DNA of 45,811 nucleotides from Burkholderiales bacterium (lineage in GTDB: Bacteria > Pseudomonadota > Gammaproteobacteria > Burkholderiales > SG8-39): NCBI GenBank assembly GCA_035251855.1, contig DATFDV010000295.1:1-45811 (forward strand), in the 5' to 3' direction. The stretch's first letter is position 1. Every line of letters starts with the position of its first letter. Shown one piece after another: positions 8,952-17,282 of the stretch. The position numbers were made by a program, and so were the translations under genes. Below the pieces are notes generated by a model that saw only the letters and a list, made by a program, of their open reading frames with translations, searched no databases and had not been told where the DNA came from.

Positions 8952-9851
8952 CTACCCCAGAGTGATGGAACCCAGCCCCGCATCCGCGACCGTCAGGTTC
9001 CCGCGCGCGGCGTCGGCGACGACCAACGTGCCAGGGGTCGTCGCGCCGCCAACAGACGGCACATGAAACTGCGCGCTGCTCACGAACAAGTCCGGCAACA
9101 GTGCATAGGTCGATGAAACCGACGGAGAGTAAAAGCTGTCTCCGTCCTCATACAGCGTTGCAGCAAGATCGTTGGTCGCCGCAACCGACGGACTGTAAAA
9201 CGTGTCTCCGTCGGTATAGAGCTCAGGTTCAAGAATCTGCGCTCCCACACTGACCGTGGGAGAGAAAAACGTGTCCGCATCAGCAAAGAGCGACGGAGCC
9301 AAATCCACCGCACCGGGGGCAACGGTCGCGGAAGGAAACACATCCGCATCGGTGTATAGCTCAGGCGTCAGACCGTAGCTCGCCGATACGGTCGCCGAAT
9401 GAAACGCCTGCGCGTCACTGAACAAATCCGGCGTCAAGGCATAAGTAGCGCTCGCCGTCGGAGAGAAGAAAGTATCTCCGTCCTCGTACAGAGCCGGGGA
9501 CAAACTGTAAGTCGCGCTGACCGTGGCATCGTAGAAGCTCGCCGCATTCGTGAAAAGCGACGGCTGCAGATCCTGCGGCCCGGCACTTTCCACCGTTGGA
9601 CTGTGGAAGGTGTCCGTGCTGTCGTCGAACAGTGCTGCCGTCAGCGCATAAGTAGCGCTTACCGTTGCATCGTGGAACGTGTCCGCATCTTCGTACAGCG
9701 ACGGCGTGAGTGCATAGGTCGCGCTGACCGTCGCCGCAAAAAACGTGTCGTCGTCAGTGTAAAGAGATGGCTCTAGATTGACCGCTACGACAGGCGGCGT
9801 CCCTTTCAGCGCAATCGGCTGGAAGGATTGCGACCTGCCAAGGCGAGCCAT
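8952..9851 (-). CDS. Ser/Thr-rich protein built from about 11 tandem ~22-aa repeats (L-x-P-x-L-[YF]-x-D-x-D-T-F-x-x-x-T-V-S-A-T-Y-A)
   Basis: 299 aa; the repeats are visible in the translation. ATG overlaps the stop of the upstream gene (TAATG). Confidence 0.7.
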   Translation of the reverse strand: MARLGRSQSFQPIALKGTPPVVAVNLEPSLYTDDDTFFAATVSATYALTPSLYEDADTFHDATVSATYALTAALFDDSTDTFHSPTVESAGPQDLQPSLFTNAASFYDATVSATYSLSPALYEDGDTFFSPTASATYALTPDLFSDAQAFHSATVSASYGLTPELYTDADVFPSATVAPGAVDLAPSLFADADTFFSPTVSVGAQILEPELYTDGDTFYSPSVAATNDLAATLYEDGDSFYSPSVSSTYALLPDLFVSSAQFHVPSVGGATTPGTLVVADAARGNLTVADAGLGSITLG

Positions 9852-11677
9852 TAGTATGAACTCGCTCTGCTGACAGCATGAGACACGTTATGCGTTGCGT
9901 TCGTGTGCTCGTAGTCGAACGCTATGCTGTTCGCGTAATTCGTTAGCAGCGTCTGGTTGCTGGCATCTCTCCAAGCGACCATAAAACGAGGCCCCGAGAG
10001 AGGCACCCACAACTGCCGCCAGTCTCCAAGACCTCCTGAGTACTGAACAGGTGACCCCCAACTGTCGCCGTGGTTAGTCGATTTCCTGTAATAGACGTGG
10101 GTCGCTACGCCCAGATCTTCGGTGCCGTCGTTTTTTCCGATGTAGACGGCGTAAAGATCGTCGGTAAGTAAGTCTATGAACAACCCCGAGTAATAGCAGT
10201 CGTCTACGTTGTCAGCGACGAACGCCTTAAGCTCGATATTCCCGGCGCCAATCGCCCTGACTTCGTAAACGTGGAAATCGCCGTTGGCGGTGTCGTACTC
10301 ACGATTTTTGGCCAGATACCCGTAGCCGGTCGTTTTGCTGATGGTGAATGAAAACGGGTACTGATAAGTGCCGTCCGTGGTGTTCGCCACGACAATCGTA
10401 GAATCCGGCCCCTCGGTGAAGGAATTACCTGAATCGTCGTATTCCTTGATCGTGACTTCGCTCGCGCTGCCATCCATATAGCCGAGCCACGCATCATTCG
10501 TGTCCGCAGTGGTTCCGGCCGGAGCAACAAGCACCAGATCAGTAGGCGATCCCGCGACCTCATAAGGATTGGTGCGGGCAGTCCAATTCACCCCGCCATC
10601 GGTTGATCTATAAAACCCGGTCTCATCCCCGCTGTCGCAGTCAAACGCACAGAGCAGATTGCCGCCTTTCATTTTTGCCCCGTTGACAAATCTTCCCGGG
10701 CCATCAGTGAAAGTTGCCCCAGCAAATACGACTCTCTGCGTTCCCAGCGTGTCGCCATTGGTGTCGAGCGTGCGAAAGAACACGTCATCGTTCGTGGTAT
10801 CGAAATACCACATGTAGATGAGTGTCCCGGAGTCATCCCCCGGTGTCCACTGGTCATACCAAACACCAGCCGCTACTACAGTCCCGATCAAAACCACTAC
10901 TACCGGATCGCCCCAAGTCTGCCCGCCGTCCGTGGTCTTGGTGTATTTGAAATCGAAGTCGTCATCAATGAAAAACTTGTATAAGATCGAGACGGTCGTA
11001 GCGACCAACCCCCTCCACACTCTCGCGGTTTGAGCTGCGACGATATGGTCGATAACAACGTCGCCGTTCGCCGTGAAGTCTGACGTGATAATTCGCGTGC
11101 CGGCAGACGATGAAGAACCAGTCCGAAACAAGATATCGCAAGTGGTCATCCCGCCCGCGCCCGTTCTCTCACATGCGATCTGAACGAACAGGTACTTATT
11201 GACGCAGGTAAAAGCGCCGGGATTTACCGTCAGCGTTGAATCGAAATCCGCAGACGTTGAAACGTCAGTTACTATCGATGCCTGCTGCTGTGCTGCGGTT
11301 ATCTCTGTATCAGCCCCTCCGTTGGCGTCCGCAAGGATGATGCGGAATCTAATCCTGACATCCTGTGTGTCTCCGACGCTAACCGCACGAACTACGAAGT
11401 GAAATTCCCAGTTACCGCTGGCAAACGACCCATTGAGCGGGAACGGACTTCTGAAAGCATCCTTGAGCGTTGCATCCAGAGTACCATCGGGAACAGTGGT
11501 TCCGGTAAAAGTTGACGCCGCTCTTTCAACGCCGCTGTTAAGTTCCGAGTGATTGGTAGATCCCGTGCCGACAGTCCAGCCGCTTGACGTTGTAGCCGCT
11601 GATTGTGCGGTCTCAGATAGCGCGGCCCAATTATTCTCGTTAAGCGAGTTGGTTAGATAGAAAGTTTTCGCGGCCAT
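9851..11677 (-). CDS. BNR/Asp-box repeat protein (sialidase-like beta-propeller C-terminal region)
   Basis: 608 aa. Three Asp-box motifs: TKTTDGGQTWG, RSTDGGVNWT, KSTNHGDSWG. Visibly lower GC than the flanks. Coupled to both neighbours (TAATG overlaps). Confidence 0.7.
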   Translation of the reverse strand: MAAKTFYLTNSLNENNWAALSETAQSAATTSSGWTVGTGSTNHSELNSGVERAASTFTGTTVPDGTLDATLKDAFRSPFPLNGSFASGNWEFHFVVRAVSVGDTQDVRIRFRIILADANGGADTEITAAQQQASIVTDVSTSADFDSTLTVNPGAFTCVNKYLFVQIACERTGAGGMTTCDILFRTGSSSSAGTRIITSDFTANGDVVIDHIVAAQTARVWRGLVATTVSILYKFFIDDDFDFKYTKTTDGGQTWGDPVVVVLIGTVVAAGVWYDQWTPGDDSGTLIYMWYFDTTNDDVFFRTLDTNGDTLGTQRVVFAGATFTDGPGRFVNGAKMKGGNLLCAFDCDSGDETGFYRSTDGGVNWTARTNPYEVAGSPTDLVLVAPAGTTADTNDAWLGYMDGSASEVTIKEYDDSGNSFTEGPDSTIVVANTTDGTYQYPFSFTISKTTGYGYLAKNREYDTANGDFHVYEVRAIGAGNIELKAFVADNVDDCYYSGLFIDLLTDDLYAVYIGKNDGTEDLGVATHVYYRKSTNHGDSWGSPVQYSGGLGDWRQLWVPLSGPRFMVAWRDASNQTLLTNYANSIAFDYEHTNATHNVSHAVSRASSY

Positions 11678-11865
11678 TATTCTTCTTCGTAGAACCGTTC
11701 AATGGGCGATCGAAATCCCTGAAACCAATAGCCCCACCTTCTCCAAAATGGCAGTTGATGCCACCACACCTCGTCCCATAACTGCGCGAGTTGCTGTTCC
11801 AGCAATTGCAGTCGCCGCTCTGGAGGGAGTTGAGGGCGCTCCTGAACCGGATGTCGCTCGGCCAT
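11677..11865 (-). CDS. Hypothetical Trp-rich small protein
   Basis: Start trimmed to ATG 11865 (TAATG overlap). 62 aa; ...LWDEVWWHQLPFWRRWGYWFQGF. Confidence 0.45.
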   Translation of the reverse strand: MAERHPVQERPQLPPERRLQLLEQQLAQLWDEVWWHQLPFWRRWGYWFQGFRSPIERFYEEE

Positions 11866-12335
11866 TAAATACGTTCTACGTCCATGGACGAACGCACATT
11901 GACCGTCGCAGGTGCCGTGCATCGAATCACCAGCCCCTCGGCCAAAGCCGTATCCGGCTCTTGACCGAGCGGAAACTGATAGGCGAACAGCCCTTTGTCC
12001 GGTGCCAGCAGAAACTCTTTGATTACGGTCAACGCCGTCGGCTCAGTCGTCCAGGTTTTCCCCGACGTAAACCCTGCCGTCAGCACCCGCCCATAAGTCT
12101 GACGCGGCGTTGTTGAAGTGGAATTTGTCCCCGGTGAATTGGTGGCAAATGTCGCGTAGCAAAATTCCACCAGCACCGGCACCGCGGAAGCCGTCACGCC
12201 ATCGAACGCGACCGCAAAACCTTTGCATTGGAGTCCAGAGTTCGCGTGCGCCTTGACGCCAATGATCGTTTTGGCAGTGGCAGCAGACAGCGCTACAGCA
12301 CCTTCGGTCGTGCAGGAGTACCCTGATGCGGACAT
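11865..12335 (-). CDS. Hypothetical protein (possible structural)
   Basis: 156 aa with natural composition, in the lower-GC block. Confidence 0.55.
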   Translation of the reverse strand: MSASGYSCTTEGAVALSAATAKTIIGVKAHANSGLQCKGFAVAFDGVTASAVPVLVEFCYATFATNSPGTNSTSTTPRQTYGRVLTAGFTSGKTWTTEPTALTVIKEFLLAPDKGLFAYQFPLGQEPDTALAEGLVIRCTAPATVNVRSSMDVERI

Positions 12336-12347
12336 CTGCTGCTCCTT

Positions 12348-12683
12348 TTAGTGCTTGATGCTCCGCAGGTCCATATGCGGAACTTCGATCTTTTGATGGA
12401 ACGGAAATACGTTGCGCCGATTGCCCAGCGCGTCGTAGTGCTGATCGAGCAGCAGGATGCGTACCTTCGCCACAAGCTGATCGAGCGCGTCCGCCGCGCC
12501 CTGCCGGGTTGAGTGCGACTGGCGAATCGCATTTACCAGCATATTGACTGCCGCCCCGACCACAGCCTCGTTCGGGAAGCCGTTGCACACGTTAGATAGC
12601 GCTCGGAATAGCTCCCGCTCGGCTTCCGGGCCGCTCTTGTGCAGCGGGTCTTTCTGGTTGCGTAGAGGATCGAGGCCGTTCAT
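12348..12683 (-). CDS. Hypothetical protein
   Basis: Start trimmed to ATG 12683 (ATGA overlap with the upstream stop). 111 aa. Confidence 0.5.
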   Translation of the reverse strand: MNGLDPLRNQKDPLHKSGPEAERELFRALSNVCNGFPNEAVVGAAVNMLVNAIRQSHSTRQGAADALDQLVAKVRILLLDQHYDALGNRRNVFPFHQKIEVPHMDLRSIKH

Positions 12684-13105
12684 AGAGTGAATATGCCTGA
12701 CGCATTCCACGTCACTGTGATGTCGCCTCCGTTCGGCGTGACAGGCAATCCCGTAACGCTGGTGTCGATGTAGGCGACCAGCCGCCACGTGGTATTAGCA
12801 CCCGAGTTGTGCCGGTAGATCCCCAGCGCTTCGACGCTCGCGCCACTTACTGCGGTGTAGGTGAGGTTCGCACCGTCGAACGTGCCGGCAGATACCGATC
12901 CAACCGTCGGGGCCGTGATGCGCTGATCGGTTCCGACAATGCCGGACAGGTCATTGTAGAAATCGTGCGCCGCGCTGTAGGTGTAGGTGCCCGTATCCAG
13001 CAGCGCGCAGAACGGCCCGTCGGTCGCATCGTCCACCGTCAGCGAGACGCTGGCCGACGCCGACATGAGAGCGGTCTTATAGATCGGATAGATTGCGTTT
13101 GCCAT
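12680..13105 (-). CDS. Hypothetical beta-rich protein (possible structural)
   Basis: 141 aa. MANAIYPIYKTALMSASASVSLTVDD...ITVTWNASGIFTL. Confidence 0.55.
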   Translation of the reverse strand: MANAIYPIYKTALMSASASVSLTVDDATDGPFCALLDTGTYTYSAAHDFYNDLSGIVGTDQRITAPTVGSVSAGTFDGANLTYTAVSGASVEALGIYRHNSGANTTWRLVAYIDTSVTGLPVTPNGGDITVTWNASGIFTL

Positions 13106-13116
13106 AGGTCTCTCCT

Positions 13117-14406
13117 TTACTTCGAATGGTCGTAGCGCGCTTCCATCTCGGCCGCACTCGGCAGCTTGTCGCGCGGCGTGCGGCGCACGATCGGCCGCTC
13201 GCCGGAATCGTCCACCGTGATGTGCTCCGCGTCGTAGCCGTAGAAGCGCTCCGCTTCGGGCACGTTGGCGTCGAGCAGCGTGGAGTTCTCGGCGACCTGA
13301 ATCATCATGCCGCGCGCCGAGGCGAAACCCAGCCAGAATTCCACGCAGCCGCGACCTTTCTCCCGCGAGTGGTGCCCGGCATAGGAGAAATCGATGCCAT
13401 AGAGCCCGAGACGCTTGACGCCCAAGAAGGAAGCGTGCGCGACCGCATAGGCGACGGTGGAGTTGAAGTAGGCATGGCCGAATTTCGCGATCAGATCCTC
13501 GATCGGAAACGGCACCGAGCCCGGGTATTTATCCGGATACGCCTTGCTGGTGTAGATGGGACCGGGATGTCCGCGCAGCAGCTCCAGCATGTGCTTGATG
13601 GTCTCGTTGCCGGCGGCGGCGCGGGCTTCCTGCACCATCAGGTCGTCCATGTGGAAAATGCGATCGCACCGGATGACCCCCGCCATGCAGTTGATCGCCC
13701 ACACCTCCTCATAGAGAGCGCGGGCGCCGCCGTGAACCCCCGCGGCCGCGACAAAGGTGGACTTGGAATCGCCCATGCCGACCAGCGCCACCGACTCCGG
13801 GACGCGGTCCATCGCGCGCGGAATCGGCGAGCGCACTGCTTCGATCAGGATAGTGCGGCCGTTTTCGCCGTAGACCACCGGCGCGGCGGTATCGGCTTGC
13901 GTGAAGCACTCGCGCGGACTGAAGCCGCGCTCGCGCAGCAGCGTTTCCAGCTCGACGCGGCGATAGTGCCGAAAATGGAACGCGATCTGCGGCCGGTACG
14001 GAAACACCGCTTCGTTCGGGACGCTGACGAAAAGGTGTTCGACGCACCCGCGCAGACGTTCGAGCACCTGGCCGGGATTGGGCACGTGCTCGATCGCCTC
14101 GAACACCACCGCAGCATCGTGAAAGCCCACCGCCATCTGCGCGGCATCGCCCACACCCCACACGATGGACGGATGGTCGAAGTGCTTGCGCGCGTGCGCG
14201 ATGGCCTCGGCGTTGACATCGAAGGCGGTGACGCGAAAGCCGGCATCCGCCAGAATCTTGGCGCCGTAGCCTACCCCGCACGCGACATCGACAACCGTCT
14301 TCGCCCCAAGCTGGCGGAGCCGGTCCGCGGCCCAGAGATAGCGGGCGGTGTGGTCGGCGCGGATGCCGTCAACGGTCTCGGCGACCTGTCGTTCTCCGGG
14401 CTGCAT
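13117..14406 (-). CDS. Fusion protein: N-terminal class I SAM-dependent methyltransferase plus a C-terminal DUF115/Maf-like (putative glycosyl/nonulosonate transferase-like) domain
   Basis: 429 aa. Motif I VVDVACGVGYG then AFDV. The C-terminal half has VALVGMGDS, EVWAINCMAGVIRCDRIFHMDD and NSTVAYAVAHASFLGVKRLGLYGIDFSY. The C-terminal domain assignment is from memory of the family pattern only. Confidence 0.65.
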   Translation of the reverse strand: MQPGERQVAETVDGIRADHTARYLWAADRLRQLGAKTVVDVACGVGYGAKILADAGFRVTAFDVNAEAIAHARKHFDHPSIVWGVGDAAQMAVGFHDAAVVFEAIEHVPNPGQVLERLRGCVEHLFVSVPNEAVFPYRPQIAFHFRHYRRVELETLLRERGFSPRECFTQADTAAPVVYGENGRTILIEAVRSPIPRAMDRVPESVALVGMGDSKSTFVAAAGVHGGARALYEEVWAINCMAGVIRCDRIFHMDDLMVQEARAAAGNETIKHMLELLRGHPGPIYTSKAYPDKYPGSVPFPIEDLIAKFGHAYFNSTVAYAVAHASFLGVKRLGLYGIDFSYAGHHSREKGRGCVEFWLGFASARGMMIQVAENSTLLDANVPEAERFYGYDAEHITVDDSGERPIVRRTPRDKLPSAAEMEARYDHSK

Positions 14407-14409
14407 GCG

Positions 14410-14646
14410 CTATTTCCCCTTGCCAGGCGCTGCACTTTTGGAGCCGGCCGCGGCCGTTTCCTCCGGCGGGCGCGTCGCGGTCTCGCGGCGAGCGGCCGCA
14501 ACCGGTGACGCTTTCACGGGATCGACGGCGACGGCGTAGCCGCCGGCAACGAGTGCCGCGCCCGTCTCGTTATCGACCGTGACGGTGTCACCTGGCCCAC
14601 CGCTCAATGTCGGGCCGGCGAGGATGGTTCTGAGTTTGACTTGCAT
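14410..14646 (-). CDS. Hypothetical small head-module protein
   Basis: Start trimmed to ATG 14646, preceded by AAGGAG. 78 aa; MQVKLRTILAGPTLSGGPGDTVTVDNETGAALVAGGYAVAV. Confidence 0.55.
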   Translation of the reverse strand: MQVKLRTILAGPTLSGGPGDTVTVDNETGAALVAGGYAVAVDPVKASPVAAARRETATRPPEETAAAGSKSAAPGKGK

Positions 14647-14656
14647 CGGAGACTCC

Positions 14657-15019
14657 TTAGCCGACCACGACGTGGATCGTGCCTTGCTTGGTATTGCCGC
14701 CAGCGACCACGTCAACCTTCACGCGCTCGCCCGCTACCACCACGTCGCGCACGACCCCGGTCACCACGCCGCCGGTGGCGGTGTGTGCCGGCTGCGTCGG
14801 CGCGTTGGTGAAATCCGCGGCGACATTCGCCTTGGAGAGGATGGCGGCCCCGGTCTCCGCGGCGGTGATGGTGAAGTCCGCGGTGCTCGCAAGCGCCACC
14901 GCCGCGGTCGCCTTGATGTAGCGGATGGCGGCGATGCGGCCGGTCACCGGCGGCGTGTAAGCGGTCGCCCCGCCGCCGGTGGCGGTGACGAAGGTGACGG
15001 TATGGCGTTCGGCGTACAT
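14657..15019 (-). CDS. Hypothetical beta-rich protein
   Basis: 120 aa, in the operon downstream of the capsid gene. Confidence 0.5.
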   Translation of the reverse strand: MYAERHTVTFVTATGGGATAYTPPVTGRIAAIRYIKATAAVALASTADFTITAAETGAAILSKANVAADFTNAPTQPAHTATGGVVTGVVRDVVVAGERVKVDVVAGGNTKQGTIHVVVG

Positions 15020-15026
15020 GGCCCGC

Positions 15027-15251
15027 TCAACCCGTCGCCAGAATGCCGACGTTGGTCAGCGCCGCGCGCATCGCCTCGATCTTCGCGGCAATGCCGGTGC
15101 TGAACGTGCCGGTCGCGGTGATCGCCGCGATCGCGGCCGCCTGCGAGAGCACGCCGCTCGAGGAGCACTTCTGGATCTTGCCACCGGCTTTCACGGCCAT
15201 GGCGTCGCCGCCCTGTACCATGAAGACTTTGGTGCCGTAGGTATTGCTCAT
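15027..15251 (-). CDS. Hypothetical small protein
   Basis: 74 aa. MSNTYGTKVFMVQGGDAMAVKAGGKIQK... Confidence 0.5.
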   Translation of the reverse strand: MSNTYGTKVFMVQGGDAMAVKAGGKIQKCSSSGVLSQAAAIAAITATGTFSTGIAAKIEAMRAALTNVGILATG

Positions 15252-15327
15252 GACCTGCCCTCCGCAAAGATCGGATCAAAAAAATGGGGCGAATCCGCCC
15301 CATTCCCAACGATGACGCTCGCGTGGA

Positions 15328-15756
15328 CTATGCGACCGGCGAGACGCGCGGCGAGTGCAGCACCGCGCTCGATCCGACGATGGTCGCCGCCGTGACGGTG
15401 GCCTTGTGGGTGAGCGAGACGTAGCGCTTGTTGCCCTTGTAGCCGATCTTCTTGCTGACGTTCTTGCTCACGCCGGAGACGTGCGGCGTGCCGGCGGCGA
15501 GGCCGGCATCGGCTTCGGTGCCCAGCAGGTCGGTATCAGCCACCGAAGCAAGCGAGCCGGTGGCGCTGCCCTCCTTGACGATGACGCTGAACACAGAATC
15601 CGTCGCCGTGCGGGTGCCGTAGTTGATGACGAACTCGACGCCGTGGTAGCCGTGGCGGTCGATCACCTTGCCGGCCTGGCCGGCCGCCGTCGTGTTGAGC
15701 GCAGCGGGCGCACGCACGACTTGAATCTTCGCGTTGTTGTGCAGATCCTGTTCCAT
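15328..15756 (-). CDS. Hypothetical protein (possible head decoration, by position only)
   Basis: 142 aa, immediately downstream of the major capsid gene. Confidence 0.5.
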   Translation of the reverse strand: MEQDLHNNAKIQVVRAPAALNTTAAGQAGKVIDRHGYHGVEFVINYGTRTATDSVFSVIVKEGSATGSLASVADTDLLGTEADAGLAAGTPHVSGVSKNVSKKIGYKGNKRYVSLTHKATVTAATIVGSSAVLHSPRVSPVA

Positions 15757-15834
15757 GACAGATATCTCCTTTCGGTTTCGGAAAAGATGCCGGGGCGAGA
15801 CCCTCCGCCCCGGCCTTGGTTGGGGTCGCGGGCG

Positions 15835-17190
15835 TTAGGCCAGCTTCACCCGCACGAACGCTTCGGCGAGCGTGGGCATGCCGTCGCTTTCCATGCGGCC
15901 GATGAAGCCGACCTGGTTGGTCTCGGCGTAGAGCTCCACGAGGCGCTGGAACTGCATGTCGAGCGCATCGCAGATCCAGTAATGCGAGAAGTCCGCGAAC
16001 ATGCCGACATAGAGTCCAGTGGTGAAGGTGTTGGGCACGTATTCGCTCATGCTGAGCGGACGCCCCAGGATGGTGTCTGGTTCGCCTTCGCGCACCGACT
16101 GCCTCCAGAGGTACTGGCCTTCGCCGTCCTTCAGCTTCGCGATCTGCTTCAGCGCGTCGCGGTGGAACAGCCATTCCGCGCGGCTCCAGTACTGGCCTTT
16201 CAGCGCGTACTTGGCGTTTATCAAGCCGTCGAAAGTCACCTGGGTCGTCAGGTTATCGGTGGACACGTCGCGCGAGGTCGGCACGCCCGAGGCGCTGGCG
16301 GTGAACAGGCCCAGCGGCTGGCCGGCGCCGTTGCCGGTCAGGAATGCCTTCTCGTGGGTGATGCCGAACTTGTAGGCGAGCCGCGAGGTCACCAGGCCCT
16401 CGACCCCGGACACGGTGCGGAGCAGCTTGTTTGAGACCTTGATGCGCTTCGCGACCGGCGCGGGCTTCAGCTCGCGGCGGCCGAACGCCATGGTGCTGTC
16501 TTCGCTGCCGGTGCCAAGCTCTGTGGTCCAGTCCGCATCGGCCGGGTCGGCATCGAGCGAAGGCGCGCCCATCGCCTGCGATGACGTGACCGTGAACTTG
16601 GTCGCCTTCATGCGAATGAAGGTCTCATCGTCCACCGCCTGAATCAGACGGTTGACGAATTCAAGCGGCGGCGCCATATAGCCGCCGGCCGGGTCGGAAC
16701 CCAACTGCAGGGCGCGGCGCTCGTCGGCATTCAACTCCGCGTAGCCGCTGCGCATGAAATGATCGAGGGCGCGCAGCACCACTTCCTTGTCACGCGCGCC
16801 CGGCAAGCCGCGTTCGGCTTCCCGTTCGGTCTCGCGGCGCTCGAGATCGCTCGCGGCGGCGGCACGCTCGGCCTCCTGGAGCTGCTCTTCGCGCTTGATC
16901 TGGTCGGCGACCTTACCCTGCTCGTCGATCAGCTTGTCGAACGCTTTCTGCTCATCGTCCGTCAGGGCGCGCTTATTGTCGGCCTCCGCCTTGTCGAGGA
17001 TTGCGCGCGCATCGGCCACGAGCTGGCCGCGCTTGTCGCGCAGCCCCTTCAGCGTGACGGCCGCCGCCGGCGCAAGAAGGATATCGACCACCATCCGCGG
17101 ATCCACATAAGCCGCCAGCACCTCGGGCGCCACCGTTGCGGCCAGCACGGCGATCACCACCACAGCGAACAGCAGGGCGTTCGATTTCAT
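15835..17190 (-). CDS. Major capsid protein, HK97 family
   Basis: Start trimmed to ATG 17190, preceded by GGAGGT. The track ORF extends into the protease gene. 451 aa with a coiled-coil delta-like region (...DDEQKAFDKLIDEQGKVADQIKREEQLQEAE) followed by the HK97-like body. Confidence 0.85.
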   Translation of the reverse strand: MKSNALLFAVVVIAVLAATVAPEVLAAYVDPRMVVDILLAPAAAVTLKGLRDKRGQLVADARAILDKAEADNKRALTDDEQKAFDKLIDEQGKVADQIKREEQLQEAERAAAASDLERRETEREAERGLPGARDKEVVLRALDHFMRSGYAELNADERRALQLGSDPAGGYMAPPLEFVNRLIQAVDDETFIRMKATKFTVTSSQAMGAPSLDADPADADWTTELGTGSEDSTMAFGRRELKPAPVAKRIKVSNKLLRTVSGVEGLVTSRLAYKFGITHEKAFLTGNGAGQPLGLFTASASGVPTSRDVSTDNLTTQVTFDGLINAKYALKGQYWSRAEWLFHRDALKQIAKLKDGEGQYLWRQSVREGEPDTILGRPLSMSEYVPNTFTTGLYVGMFADFSHYWICDALDMQFQRLVELYAETNQVGFIGRMESDGMPTLAEAFVRVKLA

Positions 17191-17282
17191 CGCGTTACCT
17201 CCATGAATGAGCCGGGGGGTGAACTTCGCCGCATCGGTCACGCCCCCGGCGTGCCGTGACGGTGGCGGCGAAACTGGGATGG

